Source: Patescibacteria group bacterium
GTDB taxonomy: Bacteria; Patescibacteriota; Minisyncoccia; UBA6257; JACRHW01
Assembly (NCBI GenBank): GCA_028865725.1
Contig: JAGWJP010000003.1
Coordinates: 1,697-65,696, forward strand
DNA length: 64,000 nucleotides
Reading direction: 5' to 3'
In this document: piece after piece, positions 30,645 to 38,928 of the stretch
How positions within the stretch are numbered: the first letter of the stretch is position 1
How the letters are laid out: each line of letters begins with the position of its first letter
Notes under the pieces: model-generated
Told to the model about the DNA's origin: nothing
Database searches by the model: none
The model's input: the letters and a program-made list of their open reading frames with translations, nothing else
Translations under genes and position numbers: made by a program

Positions 30645-30750
30645 GTAAAATTAATTCCAAGCTTGTTTTTTTCGAAAAAATCTCAGGCGAAAATTCAATA
30701 AAGCGATAAGCCCGACTCACTACCAATCTCGAATTTTCCTTTGGTGACAA

Positions 30751-31098
30751 CTAACTCTTAAATATCGCGACAAGAATCATCAACCCAATCAGTACGCTTG
30801 GAATTATAAAAACTAAAGCGAGCCACTTCTTTGAATGCCACCATTTTTGAATTGCAGGTATAGATACCCAATATCCCAATACTCCGAAAGCCATAAGTAA
30901 AAATCCGAGATCTCCCCAAAATCCTAAAACAAATTTCTTTCCAGAAACCCCAGAAGCCATGCCCATAACTACACTATCAGTAAACCAAATGATAAAACCT
31001 ACTAAAAGTAAGACGAGACCTAAAAAAACATTCTTACCGGACCAGCCGCATCTTTTGGCAATAGACTCGCCATCAACTTGTTGTATTACCTCATACAT
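30751..31098 (-). CDS. hypothetical membrane protein
   Basis: 115 aa, three hydrophobic helices. Confidence 0.35.
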   Translation of the reverse strand: MYEVIQQVDGESIAKRCGWSGKNVFLGLVLLLVGFIIWFTDSVVMGMASGVSGKKFVLGFWGDLGFLLMAFGVLGYWVSIPAIQKWWHSKKWLALVFIIPSVLIGLMILVAIFKS

Positions 31099-31120
31099 AT
31101 TTTTATAAAATCTATCTTAC

Positions 31121-31306
31121 TTATTTCTTTTCATAAATAACCATCGCGGTAGCAACGCCTTGCCAAAAAGCATATTTTATATCAACAATTTCCCCGCTTA
31201 TTTCTTTAATCGCAAGATTCACCGCTTCATCAAATTTTTGAGTGTTCTTTTCCCCACCGAAACCGGTGAAGTTGAGCCTAACAATTACCGTCTTTATTTG
31301 TTTCAT
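31121..31306 (-). CDS. small hypothetical protein (possibly dodecin-like)
   Basis: 61 aa; beta-alpha-beta-beta-like pattern; weak. Confidence 0.25.
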   Translation of the reverse strand: MKQIKTVIVRLNFTGFGGEKNTQKFDEAVNLAIKEISGEIVDIKYAFWQGVATAMVIYEKK

Positions 31307-31385
31307 ATCAATGATAAAAATTTTCTCTACAAAAAATTAAATAGATTCGAGCAAAATTATTATAAATGCACACTCACTACGTTCG

Positions 31386-31407
31386 TGTGCACCCAGTAGG
31401 AATCGGT
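31386..31407. repeat. 22-bp exact copy of the tRNA-Lys 3' end (cgtgtgcacccagtaggaatcg)
   Basis: identical to 31536-31557; region 31381-31538 also has inverted ggaatcg/cgattcc fragments. Confidence 0.7.
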
Positions 31408-31538
31408 CACAAGTTTGCCTACGGCATCTCGCGACCCCAGCTCGCGTGCTCGTTTCTACTCGCACAAGCTCCGCTATTCGATTCCTAACGTGAGTGAAGC
31501 AGTTCACTCCCTCTAGGTGCACTCTCGCTTCTCTCGTG

Positions 31539-31611
31539 TGCACCCAGTAGGAATCGAACCTACAACCGTCTCCTTAAGAGGGAGCTGCTCTGCCAGTTGA
31601 GCTATGGGTGC
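31539..31611 (-). tRNA. tRNA-Lys (CTT)
   Basis: reverse complement gcacccatagctcaactggcagagca...ctcttaa...ggttcgattcctactgggtgca; anticodon loop cTCTTaa. Confidence 0.8.
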
Positions 31612-31671
31612 ATGGTATATCAAAAATCTGAAAGACTAGTGTTCAGATGGTACTATATTTTTTATCTGCAA

Positions 31672-32622
31672 TCAATGATGATCGGATCCTTTTCTTCTCG
31701 TCCCATGAAACGCTTTGTGGATCTCCTTCAACTCTTTATTCGTGATATGCGTATATACTTGTGTAGTCGCAATATTTGCGTGGCCAAGCAGCATCTGAAC
31801 TGAGCGTAAGTCTGCGCCGTTCATCAATAAATCCGTGGCAAAGAGATGGCGCAATTTATGAGGAGTGGTGTGTTTTGCAATGCCCGCTTTTGTCGCATAG
31901 TGCTCAACAATGCGTTGTACGCTCCGCGGCGTAAGGCGTGTACGTGGACGCGGGGGATCGGAATGGGTAAAGGAAATAAACATCGCCTCTTCCATATCAG
32001 TACGCGCATGATAATAGGCCGTAAGTGCCGCCCTAGCACTGGGGGAGAGAAATACCACCCGCACCTTCCCTCCTTTTCCGCGTACTGAAAACTCCTCCCG
32101 TTCCATATCAATAGAATCACGATTCAATGCACAGAGCTCCGACACGCGAAGCCCTGTTGAGAATAAAAGCTCTAAAATAGCCTTATCACGCAATGCCTTC
32201 ACATCTTTTCCTCCCAAAGAAAGCATGCGTTCAAGGTCTTTTCCATCCAAAATATCGATATCGCGGTCAGGCACCTTCCCAAGCTCTATCTTATCGGCTG
32301 CAAGCGTTGCAATATCACGCTTTGCGCAATATTTCAGAAAATTGCGAATGGCGATCACGTAGTAATTTTGCGTCACTTTTTTAAGGGAGGGATGCTTGTC
32401 GCTCGCCACGCGATTGAGCCACAATCTAAACTGCCGTACCGACTCCTGCGTGATATCTTCTGGGTATTTTGCCTTTGAAGCCTCAAAAAACCGCTTCAGA
32501 TAGCGCTCATAATTCTCCCGCGTTTTGATAGACCGTCCCTTCTCGATCTCGAGATAATCGAGATAATCGATAAGAAGATCCTTAAGCTGTTTCATATTCG
32601 CATCATCAATCCAGTATAGCAC
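31672..32622 (-). CDS. tyrosine site-specific recombinase, XerC/XerD family
   Basis: N-terminal SAM-like core-binding domain; catalytic R..HxxR..Y (LRHLFATDLL...GH..I..TQVYTH). Confidence 0.8.
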   Translation of the reverse strand: MLYWIDDANMKQLKDLLIDYLDYLEIEKGRSIKTRENYERYLKRFFEASKAKYPEDITQESVRQFRLWLNRVASDKHPSLKKVTQNYYVIAIRNFLKYCAKRDIATLAADKIELGKVPDRDIDILDGKDLERMLSLGGKDVKALRDKAILELLFSTGLRVSELCALNRDSIDMEREEFSVRGKGGKVRVVFLSPSARAALTAYYHARTDMEEAMFISFTHSDPPRPRTRLTPRSVQRIVEHYATKAGIAKHTTPHKLRHLFATDLLMNGADLRSVQMLLGHANIATTQVYTHITNKELKEIHKAFHGTRRKGSDHH

Positions 32623-32706
32623 GTATAGGCTCCGCAGAGCTCAGTTGACATAATAAGCTAAATATGTTAATAACGTACTTAGCACAAAAACCTAGGAAGA
32701 TCTGTA

Positions 32707-33036
32707 ATGAAAATACTGGTAGGGGCGGCTGTTCATCTTTTTTGTGACATTCTTTTCTGGATGTTTCTCGCGCTCGTGGACGCGGTGACGATTTGGTTTC
32801 TTGCGCCGCTTTTCGGTGCAAAAATCACCCACTTCGTGTCACTCTGGAGGGGGATATTCATCGCCTTGTATGCGCTCCATTGGGCGCTGATGATGAGCCG
32901 GTCCATATGGCGCTCCTGCGAACGTGTCGCAGGAGAGTGGCGGGAGCGGGAGCAGTACCTCGCGTGGGCAAAAGCCCACCAAGGGATGAACGGGGAAGAG
33001 GAGGCACGGGCGCGGCTTGCGGAAAAGCGAGCGTAG
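32707..33036 (+). CDS. hypothetical small membrane protein in a locally GC-rich segment
   Basis: 109 aa, two TM helices, Arg/Glu-rich tail; segment visibly GC-richer than flanks. Confidence 0.3.
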   Translation: MKILVGAAVHLFCDILFWMFLALVDAVTIWFLAPLFGAKITHFVSLWRGIFIALYALHWALMMSRSIWRSCERVAGEWREREQYLAWAKAHQGMNGEEEARARLAEKRA

Positions 33037-33044
33037 CGCCGTGT

Positions 33045-33078
33045 GGGCGGTCACCATTGAGTGTCCGCCCTTTTTCTT
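33045..33078 (+). terminator. rho-independent terminator
   Basis: gggcgg-N14-ccgccc-tttttcttt. Confidence 0.55.
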
Positions 33079-33124
33079 TATAAGAATGGGCTGCTGAAAA
33101 ATTCTACCTGTTACAGTATGGGGC

Positions 33125-33153
33125 TTGATATTTATCATCACTTATGCTACAAT
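33125..33153 (+). promoter_or_regulatory. sigma70-type promoter TTGATA-N17-TACAAT with ~100-nt leader before rpsO
   Basis: ttgata 33125-33130, tacaat 33148-33153. Confidence 0.5.
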
Positions 33154-33262
33154 CATGGCATATTCATGGGCAGAAGGCCTTGCTGTCACACAATCATTTT
33201 TTATGCGATAGGGCAGTCTAGAGTTCTCCCTGCGCCATTATTTACTTTAATACCCAACATCA

Positions 33263-33529
33263 ATGTTAACAAAACGCCAAAAAGAAAACGTATTTAAAGA
33301 TTATGGTGTCCATGAGGGGGATACCGGCTCTGCAGAAGTGCAGGTTGCATTATTTACCAAAGAAATCGACTCACTCACAAAGCACCTTAAGACTAATCCC
33401 AAAGACAACAGCTCTCGCAGAGGGCTCTTGCGCATGGTTTCAAAACGAAAAAAGTTTCTTGTTCATCTTGAAGAGACGAACAAGAGAAGTTATAATAAAG
33501 TGACAAAAAAATTAGGTTTGAAAAAATAA
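33263..33529 (+). CDS. rpsO: 30S ribosomal protein S15
   Basis: 88 aa; HLK.N.KD..SRRGLL.MV..R.K.L.HL..TN..SY S15 signature. Confidence 0.9.
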   Translation: MLTKRQKENVFKDYGVHEGDTGSAEVQVALFTKEIDSLTKHLKTNPKDNSSRRGLLRMVSKRKKFLVHLEETNKRSYNKVTKKLGLKK

Positions 33530-33626
33530 GAGAAACTAGCAATGCGTGACTATTGACTTCTTGACTATTAACCGAATTATGTTTGGTGAACGATTAACCG
33601 TCAGTAGTTACTGCGTTTTTTAATTA

Positions 33627-34172
33627 ATGAGTGTTATCAAATACGGGGACCAACGCGTGGGGGTGTTAATTGACGTACAAAATCTTTACCACTCTGCGAA
33701 AAATCTCTACAACGCGCGGGTCAATTTTAAAGAGTTACTCAATGCCGCAACCGCAAAACGACGACTTGTGCGTGCATTTGGATATGTAGTAAAAAGCGAT
33801 ATACCCGCCGGTGAGGCTTCTTTTTTTGATGCGCTTGAAAAGTCGGGACTTGAGCTTAAAATGAAGGATCTTCAGATCTTTCCCGGAGGCGCAAAAAAGG
33901 CGGACTGGGATGTCGGAATGGCAGTAGACGCCATTCGCATTGCTCCTTCGCTCGATACCGTAGTTCTCATAACCGGAGATGGCGATTTTATTCCGCTCGT
34001 TGAATATCTTAAAAATATAGGGAAACAAGTCGAGGTTATCGCATTTGGGAAAAGCGCATCGGGAAAGCTTCGTGAAGCCGCTGATGAATTCATTGATCTC
34101 GGAGAAGATCCTAGCCGCTTCCTTCTTACCATTCATAAGCGCGCGCGACGTTACCGTACACAAGAACAATAA
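33627..34172 (+). CDS. NYN-domain (LabA/DUF88-like) putative ribonuclease
   Basis: VGVLIDVQNLYHS...LITGDGDFIPLVEYLKNIGKQVEVIAF acidic-residue pattern of NYN/LabA PIN-like fold. Confidence 0.65.
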   Translation: MSVIKYGDQRVGVLIDVQNLYHSAKNLYNARVNFKELLNAATAKRRLVRAFGYVVKSDIPAGEASFFDALEKSGLELKMKDLQIFPGGAKKADWDVGMAVDAIRIAPSLDTVVLITGDGDFIPLVEYLKNIGKQVEVIAFGKSASGKLREAADEFIDLGEDPSRFLLTIHKRARRYRTQEQ

Positions 34173-34180
34173 TCACTACC

Positions 34181-36283
34181 ATGCTACCCACAAAAGATTA
34201 TTCTATAGAAATCGGGGGGAAGACGTTAACCGCACGCTTCAGCACTCTTGCAGAGCAAACGAATGGTTCTGTCATAATACAGTACGGCGATACAGTCGTC
34301 ATGACAAACGTCGTGATGGGGAGAAAAGACAGGCTCGATCTCGACTATTTTCCTCTCATGGTGGAGTACGAAGAAAAATATTATGCCGTGGGACGCATTT
34401 TGGGAAGCCGATTTGTAAAACGAGAAGGAAAAGCTTCTGAAGAAGCGGTGCTTACCGGACGCATGATCGATCGCTCTATTCGACCGCTTTTTGATCACCG
34501 CCTCCGCCGCGATGTACAAGTCGTCGCGACCGTGCTTTCCTATGACACCGAAAATGATCCCGATATGGTAGGCCTCAATGGCGCATCGCTTGCTTTGGCG
34601 TGTTCAAACATTCCGTGGGATGGCCCTGCTGCGGCCGTGCGCATCGCAAAAAATGGGGGCACATTTATCGTAAATCCAACATTTCAGGAACGTCGCGAGG
34701 CAGACCTTGACCTCTTCCTCGCAATGGCAAAAGGAAAGATCAATATGATCGACGGCGAAGGCTGCGAAATGCCTGAAACAGATGTGATGAAAGCAATCGA
34801 ACTCGGTATACAAGAGCTCAATAAACTTATTGCGTTCCAGGAGTCTATTATTAAAGAACGCGGTGCCGAAAAAACGACCGTAGTACTCAAAGAATCTCCT
34901 GTGGAACTGATAACGGCAATAAAAGGATTTGTGGCTCCCTTGCTTGATGCCGCTCTTTTTGAGACTGACAAAGTCAAACGTGAAGTAAACCTCGAATCTA
35001 TAAAAACAAACCTTGTGGCACACCTCGTGGAGCTTGGATTCGACGAAGACGCACAAAAAGAAGCACACCACATTCTTGAAGATGAAATCGACCGCGTAGT
35101 GCACAAAAACGCTATCGAACATAGCCGACGTCCTGATGGGCGTGCTCTAGACGAGGTACGCCACCTCGAGGCGTACACAGGAATTCTGCCCCGCACTCAC
35201 GGCTCCGCGGTATTTATGCGCGGTACCACCCACGCGCTTGCCACCGTAACCCTTGGCGCACCTGGCGATGAACAGATTGTCGAAACCATGGAGGAATCGA
35301 CAAAACGCCACTTCATGCTTCACTATAATTTCCCCGCATATTCATCGGGGGAAACCGGTCCATTCCGCGGACCGGGACGTCGTGAGATCGGCCACGGCGC
35401 TTTGGCCGCAAAATCGCTCGTACGCATGATTCCCGACAAAGAACAATTTCCTTATACGATTCGTGCAGTTTCCGAAATTACCTCTTCAAATGGTTCCACG
35501 TCTCAAGCATCAATCTGCGGTGTTACCCTTGCGCTTATGGACGCAGGTGTACCCATCAAAGAGATGGTGGGTGGTATTGCGATGGGACTTATGTCCGATC
35601 CCATTTCCGGCGCCTACAAAGTGCTCACCGATATCCAGGGTCCGGAAGACCATTACGGCGATATGGATTTTAAGGTGGCAGGAACGAAAAATGGGATAAA
35701 TGCGATCCAACTCGATGTAAAAATCGACGGCCTCACAATGCCGATTATCGAGGAAACGCTTGCTGCCGCAAAAAAAGCGCGCCTCCACATACTCGAAACA
35801 ATGCGCAAAGAGATTTCTGAACCACGTAAAGAGCTTTCACCCTACGCACCTCGCATTATTACTCTCCACATCAATCCTGATAAAATCCGAGACGTGATCG
35901 GTTCCGGAGGAAAAGTGATCAATGATATCATTGCGCGTACGAACACCACCATCGATATTGAAGACGACGGTACTATATATGTAACAGGTCTTAATGCCAC
36001 ACAAACCGAAGAAGCGATTACGATTATCAACAGCCTCACCAAAGAGCTGGCTTTGGGTGAAATCATAGAAGGACCTGTCACCCGCATTATGGACTTTGGC
36101 GCTTTGGTAGAAATTCTTCCTGGAAAAGAGGGGATGATCCATATCTCAGAGCTTGCAAACACACGTGTCGAGAAGGTTACCGACATAGTGAAACTCGGTG
36201 AGCGCGTGCGCGTGAAAGTCATTCGCATTGATCCTGATGGAAAAATAGGACTTTCCCTCAAGGCATTACAAAGTAGAAATTAA
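34181..36283 (+). CDS. pnp: polynucleotide phosphorylase
   Basis: two RNase PH domains, KH and S1 C-terminus; hallmark segments GGKTLTARFS.LAEQTNGSV, DGRALDEVR, FPYTIRAVSEITSSNGSTSQASICG. Confidence 0.95.
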   Translation: MLPTKDYSIEIGGKTLTARFSTLAEQTNGSVIIQYGDTVVMTNVVMGRKDRLDLDYFPLMVEYEEKYYAVGRILGSRFVKREGKASEEAVLTGRMIDRSIRPLFDHRLRRDVQVVATVLSYDTENDPDMVGLNGASLALACSNIPWDGPAAAVRIAKNGGTFIVNPTFQERREADLDLFLAMAKGKINMIDGEGCEMPETDVMKAIELGIQELNKLIAFQESIIKERGAEKTTVVLKESPVELITAIKGFVAPLLDAALFETDKVKREVNLESIKTNLVAHLVELGFDEDAQKEAHHILEDEIDRVVHKNAIEHSRRPDGRALDEVRHLEAYTGILPRTHGSAVFMRGTTHALATVTLGAPGDEQIVETMEESTKRHFMLHYNFPAYSSGETGPFRGPGRREIGHGALAAKSLVRMIPDKEQFPYTIRAVSEITSSNGSTSQASICGVTLALMDAGVPIKEMVGGIAMGLMSDPISGAYKVLTDIQGPEDHYGDMDFKVAGTKNGINAIQLDVKIDGLTMPIIEETLAAAKKARLHILETMRKEISEPRKELSPYAPRIITLHINPDKIRDVIGSGGKVINDIIARTNTTIDIEDDGTIYVTGLNATQTEEAITIINSLTKELALGEIIEGPVTRIMDFGALVEILPGKEGMIHISELANTRVEKVTDIVKLGERVRVKVIRIDPDGKIGLSLKALQSRN

Positions 36284-36313
36284 TTCATGAAGATCTTGAG
36301 GAATCTTGAAGCT

Positions 36314-36340
36314 TAGCACATTCTGTGCTATTTTTCTTTT
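36314..36340 (+). terminator. rho-independent terminator (tagcaca-ttc-tgtgcta + T-run)
   Basis: near-identical hairpin repeated at 36956-36980. Confidence 0.55.
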
Positions 36341-36367
36341 AGATCCCTGAAAAGGAGCTGAAGCAAA

Positions 36368-36946
36368 ATGATTCGTGACTTTCTTCCGGAATATTCTGCC
36401 GCGCATCAACATTCTACCGAACCGGTCTACACCATTCTTCGCAGTATCGTGATTGATGGGCACGAAGTGGCGTGGATACAACTTGAGGGAACGGACCTGT
36501 ACGGAAAACAATATCGCTGCTACGACTTATATTGCGAGTGTTATTTCACACGCGGAATTGGCTGGGATATAAGAGACGGGAAAGCGACAGGTCTCTCGGG
36601 CGATAGCTGTATCAAAAAACGTGTTGCCACCTTTCTTCGTCATTGTGAAATTCAACAAGACATCCAATCACGCTTTCCGTTTATCAACTTAATACTATCA
36701 GAGGACGATCTTCACTGTATCATCTACGAGCTTATGCAACAGCTGAAGACAGGCTCATTCATTAACGATCAATTCCTTGATGGAACTAGTACCCGGCTTG
36801 ACCTGCGCACCCTGGAGTTTATACTCGATCACCCCATGCACGATATCTACGAAAAAGCCAATGCACTCGCCGCGGCGAAGAAAATCAAACTTGATTTCAA
36901 CATGGTTTACGCGTGTAAAAAACCGTCCTCAAAAAACCAAAAATAA
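36368..36946 (+). CDS. hypothetical protein
   Basis: 192 aa, AAAGGAG SD; bracketed by twin terminators. Confidence 0.4.
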   Translation: MIRDFLPEYSAAHQHSTEPVYTILRSIVIDGHEVAWIQLEGTDLYGKQYRCYDLYCECYFTRGIGWDIRDGKATGLSGDSCIKKRVATFLRHCEIQQDIQSRFPFINLILSEDDLHCIIYELMQQLKTGSFINDQFLDGTSTRLDLRTLEFILDHPMHDIYEKANALAAAKKIKLDFNMVYACKKPSSKNQK

Positions 36947-36955
36947 TACCCCTCA

Positions 36956-36980
36956 TAGCACATCATGTGCTATTTTTGTT
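36956..36980 (+). terminator. rho-independent terminator (tagcaca-tca-tgtgcta + T-run)
   Basis: copy of the 36314 hairpin. Confidence 0.55.
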
Positions 36981-37056
36981 TAAAGATGATGCTCTTGTGC
37001 ACAACGCTACTTTACATTGTGGTATACTAACAATAAGGTAACTACATTTAAAAACT

Positions 37057-38265
37057 ATGAATGACGATCAAAAACCAACACCCCTTTCGATGAACAATGA
37101 CAACACCATGCCAACTCCCGCTCCCGCGGCATCCACGCCGCCTGCCGTACCAAACGCAGGCGATTGGCCTGCTGCACCCCAGGAGTCTACAGCACCAATA
37201 GAACATGAAGCCCCTCACGTGCCCTCTCTTACCATTCCTAAGAACTCAAATATCCAAGACTCCACCGCGGCACCCCTCCCACCCTCTCATGTGGCCGAAA
37301 CTCACGCACAGCCAATTGCTCCTCCGATCCCGGCACCTTATCCGCCTTCACCTCCTACTCCGCAACAAACTCTCCATGCCGCCACGACACCGCCGCAAAT
37401 TGTTCTCCACACCATGGAGTCTGATATGCGAAACAATACTGCACCCACGCTACCGCACACACCTCCCCTACGCGAGCCCTCAGCACAACCTTCCTTCACA
37501 TTGCCCGAACACACCCCACGCAAAAGTAATATTTCGCGTGTACTCTCTATTTTTCTTGTGCTCGTGCTGCTGGGGGGAGTAGGGTATGCAGGCTACGTCT
37601 TTATTGCTCCGATCTTTTCCCCAAAAACACCCTCTGCCGTTGCTCCTACAACCCAAACCAATGAATCACAATCCATATCTACATCTTCTGCGATTATGGA
37701 ACAATCTGCGCCAACTCACACGAGCCTTCTTCATATTCCTGCCGATAAAGCCATATCGATCAATCTTCCCTCACTCGACGCACAAGCGGTAACTTCTGCG
37801 CTCTCTAACCTTCCCGCAGAAACTCCGGGAACACTTGAAGAAATCACTCTTAATATGAATGGAGTACCTGTGCCATTTGCAAGCTTTGCGGGACTTTACC
37901 TCAAAAATGTCCCTCTTGATATCTTTGGATCTGATATGTCGCTTGAACTCTACCATGATGCATCTGGCGTATGGCCCGTAGTTGTCACCACATTTAGTAC
38001 AAGCACCCCCAATGCAGTGCTTGAACAATCCTCTATTCGCCAAGCAATAGAACAAGATAGCCAATCCACTATTACTCAACTCTTTTTGAACAACCCAGGA
38101 GCACCGCGAGGCAATTTTCTTGACGGAAGTATCCCTGGTGTAGCTACACAATTACGCTATCGAGTCTTTCAGGGATCTGTAAGTCTCGACTACGGTTGGA
38201 TTGGAGATAAATTTGTTGTTGCAACATCCTACGCTGCCCTTAAAGAAGTGGCGGCGAGACTGTGA
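37057..38265 (+). CDS. bitopic membrane protein with Pro-rich N-terminal region
   Basis: ~170 aa P/T/A-rich low-complexity N-terminus, single TM (ISRVLSIFLVLVLLGGVGYAGYVFIAPIF), ~200-aa C-terminal domain. Confidence 0.4.
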   Translation: MNDDQKPTPLSMNNDNTMPTPAPAASTPPAVPNAGDWPAAPQESTAPIEHEAPHVPSLTIPKNSNIQDSTAAPLPPSHVAETHAQPIAPPIPAPYPPSPPTPQQTLHAATTPPQIVLHTMESDMRNNTAPTLPHTPPLREPSAQPSFTLPEHTPRKSNISRVLSIFLVLVLLGGVGYAGYVFIAPIFSPKTPSAVAPTTQTNESQSISTSSAIMEQSAPTHTSLLHIPADKAISINLPSLDAQAVTSALSNLPAETPGTLEEITLNMNGVPVPFASFAGLYLKNVPLDIFGSDMSLELYHDASGVWPVVVTTFSTSTPNAVLEQSSIRQAIEQDSQSTITQLFLNNPGAPRGNFLDGSIPGVATQLRYRVFQGSVSLDYGWIGDKFVVATSYAALKEVAARL

Positions 38266-38331
38266 GAATATCAAATTGCTTTTTCTCACTCTACACGGTA
38301 TAAATGGCGTATATATAAACTAACAAAGATC

Positions 38332-38365
38332 GAGGAGATCATGACCCGTATTTTATGATCTCCTC
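38332..38365 (+). promoter_or_regulatory. perfect 11-bp inverted repeat hairpin with embedded SD + 5-codon mini-ORF
   Basis: gaggagatcat-N12-atgatctcctc; GAGGAG then ATG 38341 (MTRIL-stop); ends 10 nt before the DksA/TraR-like gene. Confidence 0.45.
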
Positions 38366-38374
38366 ACACAAAGA

Positions 38375-38731
38375 ATGACTAACGAAATGAACAGCGAGCT
38401 CATAAACCGCCTCAAAAATGAAGAGGAGGAGCTTGTGAAAGAACTTGGAGAAGTCAGTGTGAAAACAGAAGCAGGTTTTGAACCTAAACCCACTGATTTC
38501 GGTTCGGATACAGAAAGTTACGACGGCGAAGAGGCTGATGAAGCAGAAGAACTCGGAAATTCACTTTCTGTGAAAACGGTGTTGGAGTCCCGCCTACGAC
38601 ATGTACGTTCTGCTCTCCGTAAAATAGAGAGCAATACCTATGGCACCTGCGAGCATTGCGGAACCCCAATCGAAGAGCGTGACCTTGAGATAGATCCCGC
38701 ACGCCCTCATTGCAAGAAGTGCAGCGAATAA
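38375..38731 (+). CDS. DksA/TraR-family C4 zinc-finger protein
   Basis: C-terminal CEHCGTPIEERDLEIDPARPHCKKC four-Cys finger after a coiled-coil/acidic region. Confidence 0.6.
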   Translation: MTNEMNSELINRLKNEEEELVKELGEVSVKTEAGFEPKPTDFGSDTESYDGEEADEAEELGNSLSVKTVLESRLRHVRSALRKIESNTYGTCEHCGTPIEERDLEIDPARPHCKKCSE

Positions 38732-38928
38732 CCGCGCATGATCTCCGCATCCTTCACGGAAAAACCTTGTCCCAAAAGGGCAAGGTTTTTGGCGGTAACG
38801 CAGCGCGACTATCCTTGCCCTTTAAACAAAATCCAAACCCGCTCAAATAACATACACGTGTCTTATTCTCTCGACATTTCACTACCAGACTTGTATTTTT
38901 AATTCAATACCAGCTAGAATACAGCATC

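Noticed and set aside
31672-32622. Calling the tyrosine recombinase a phage/ICE integrase marking an island
   Set aside because: Catalytic and N-terminal domains are equally compatible with chromosomal XerC/XerD; no flanking phage or conjugative genes and the tRNA geometry does not fit, so only the family call is made
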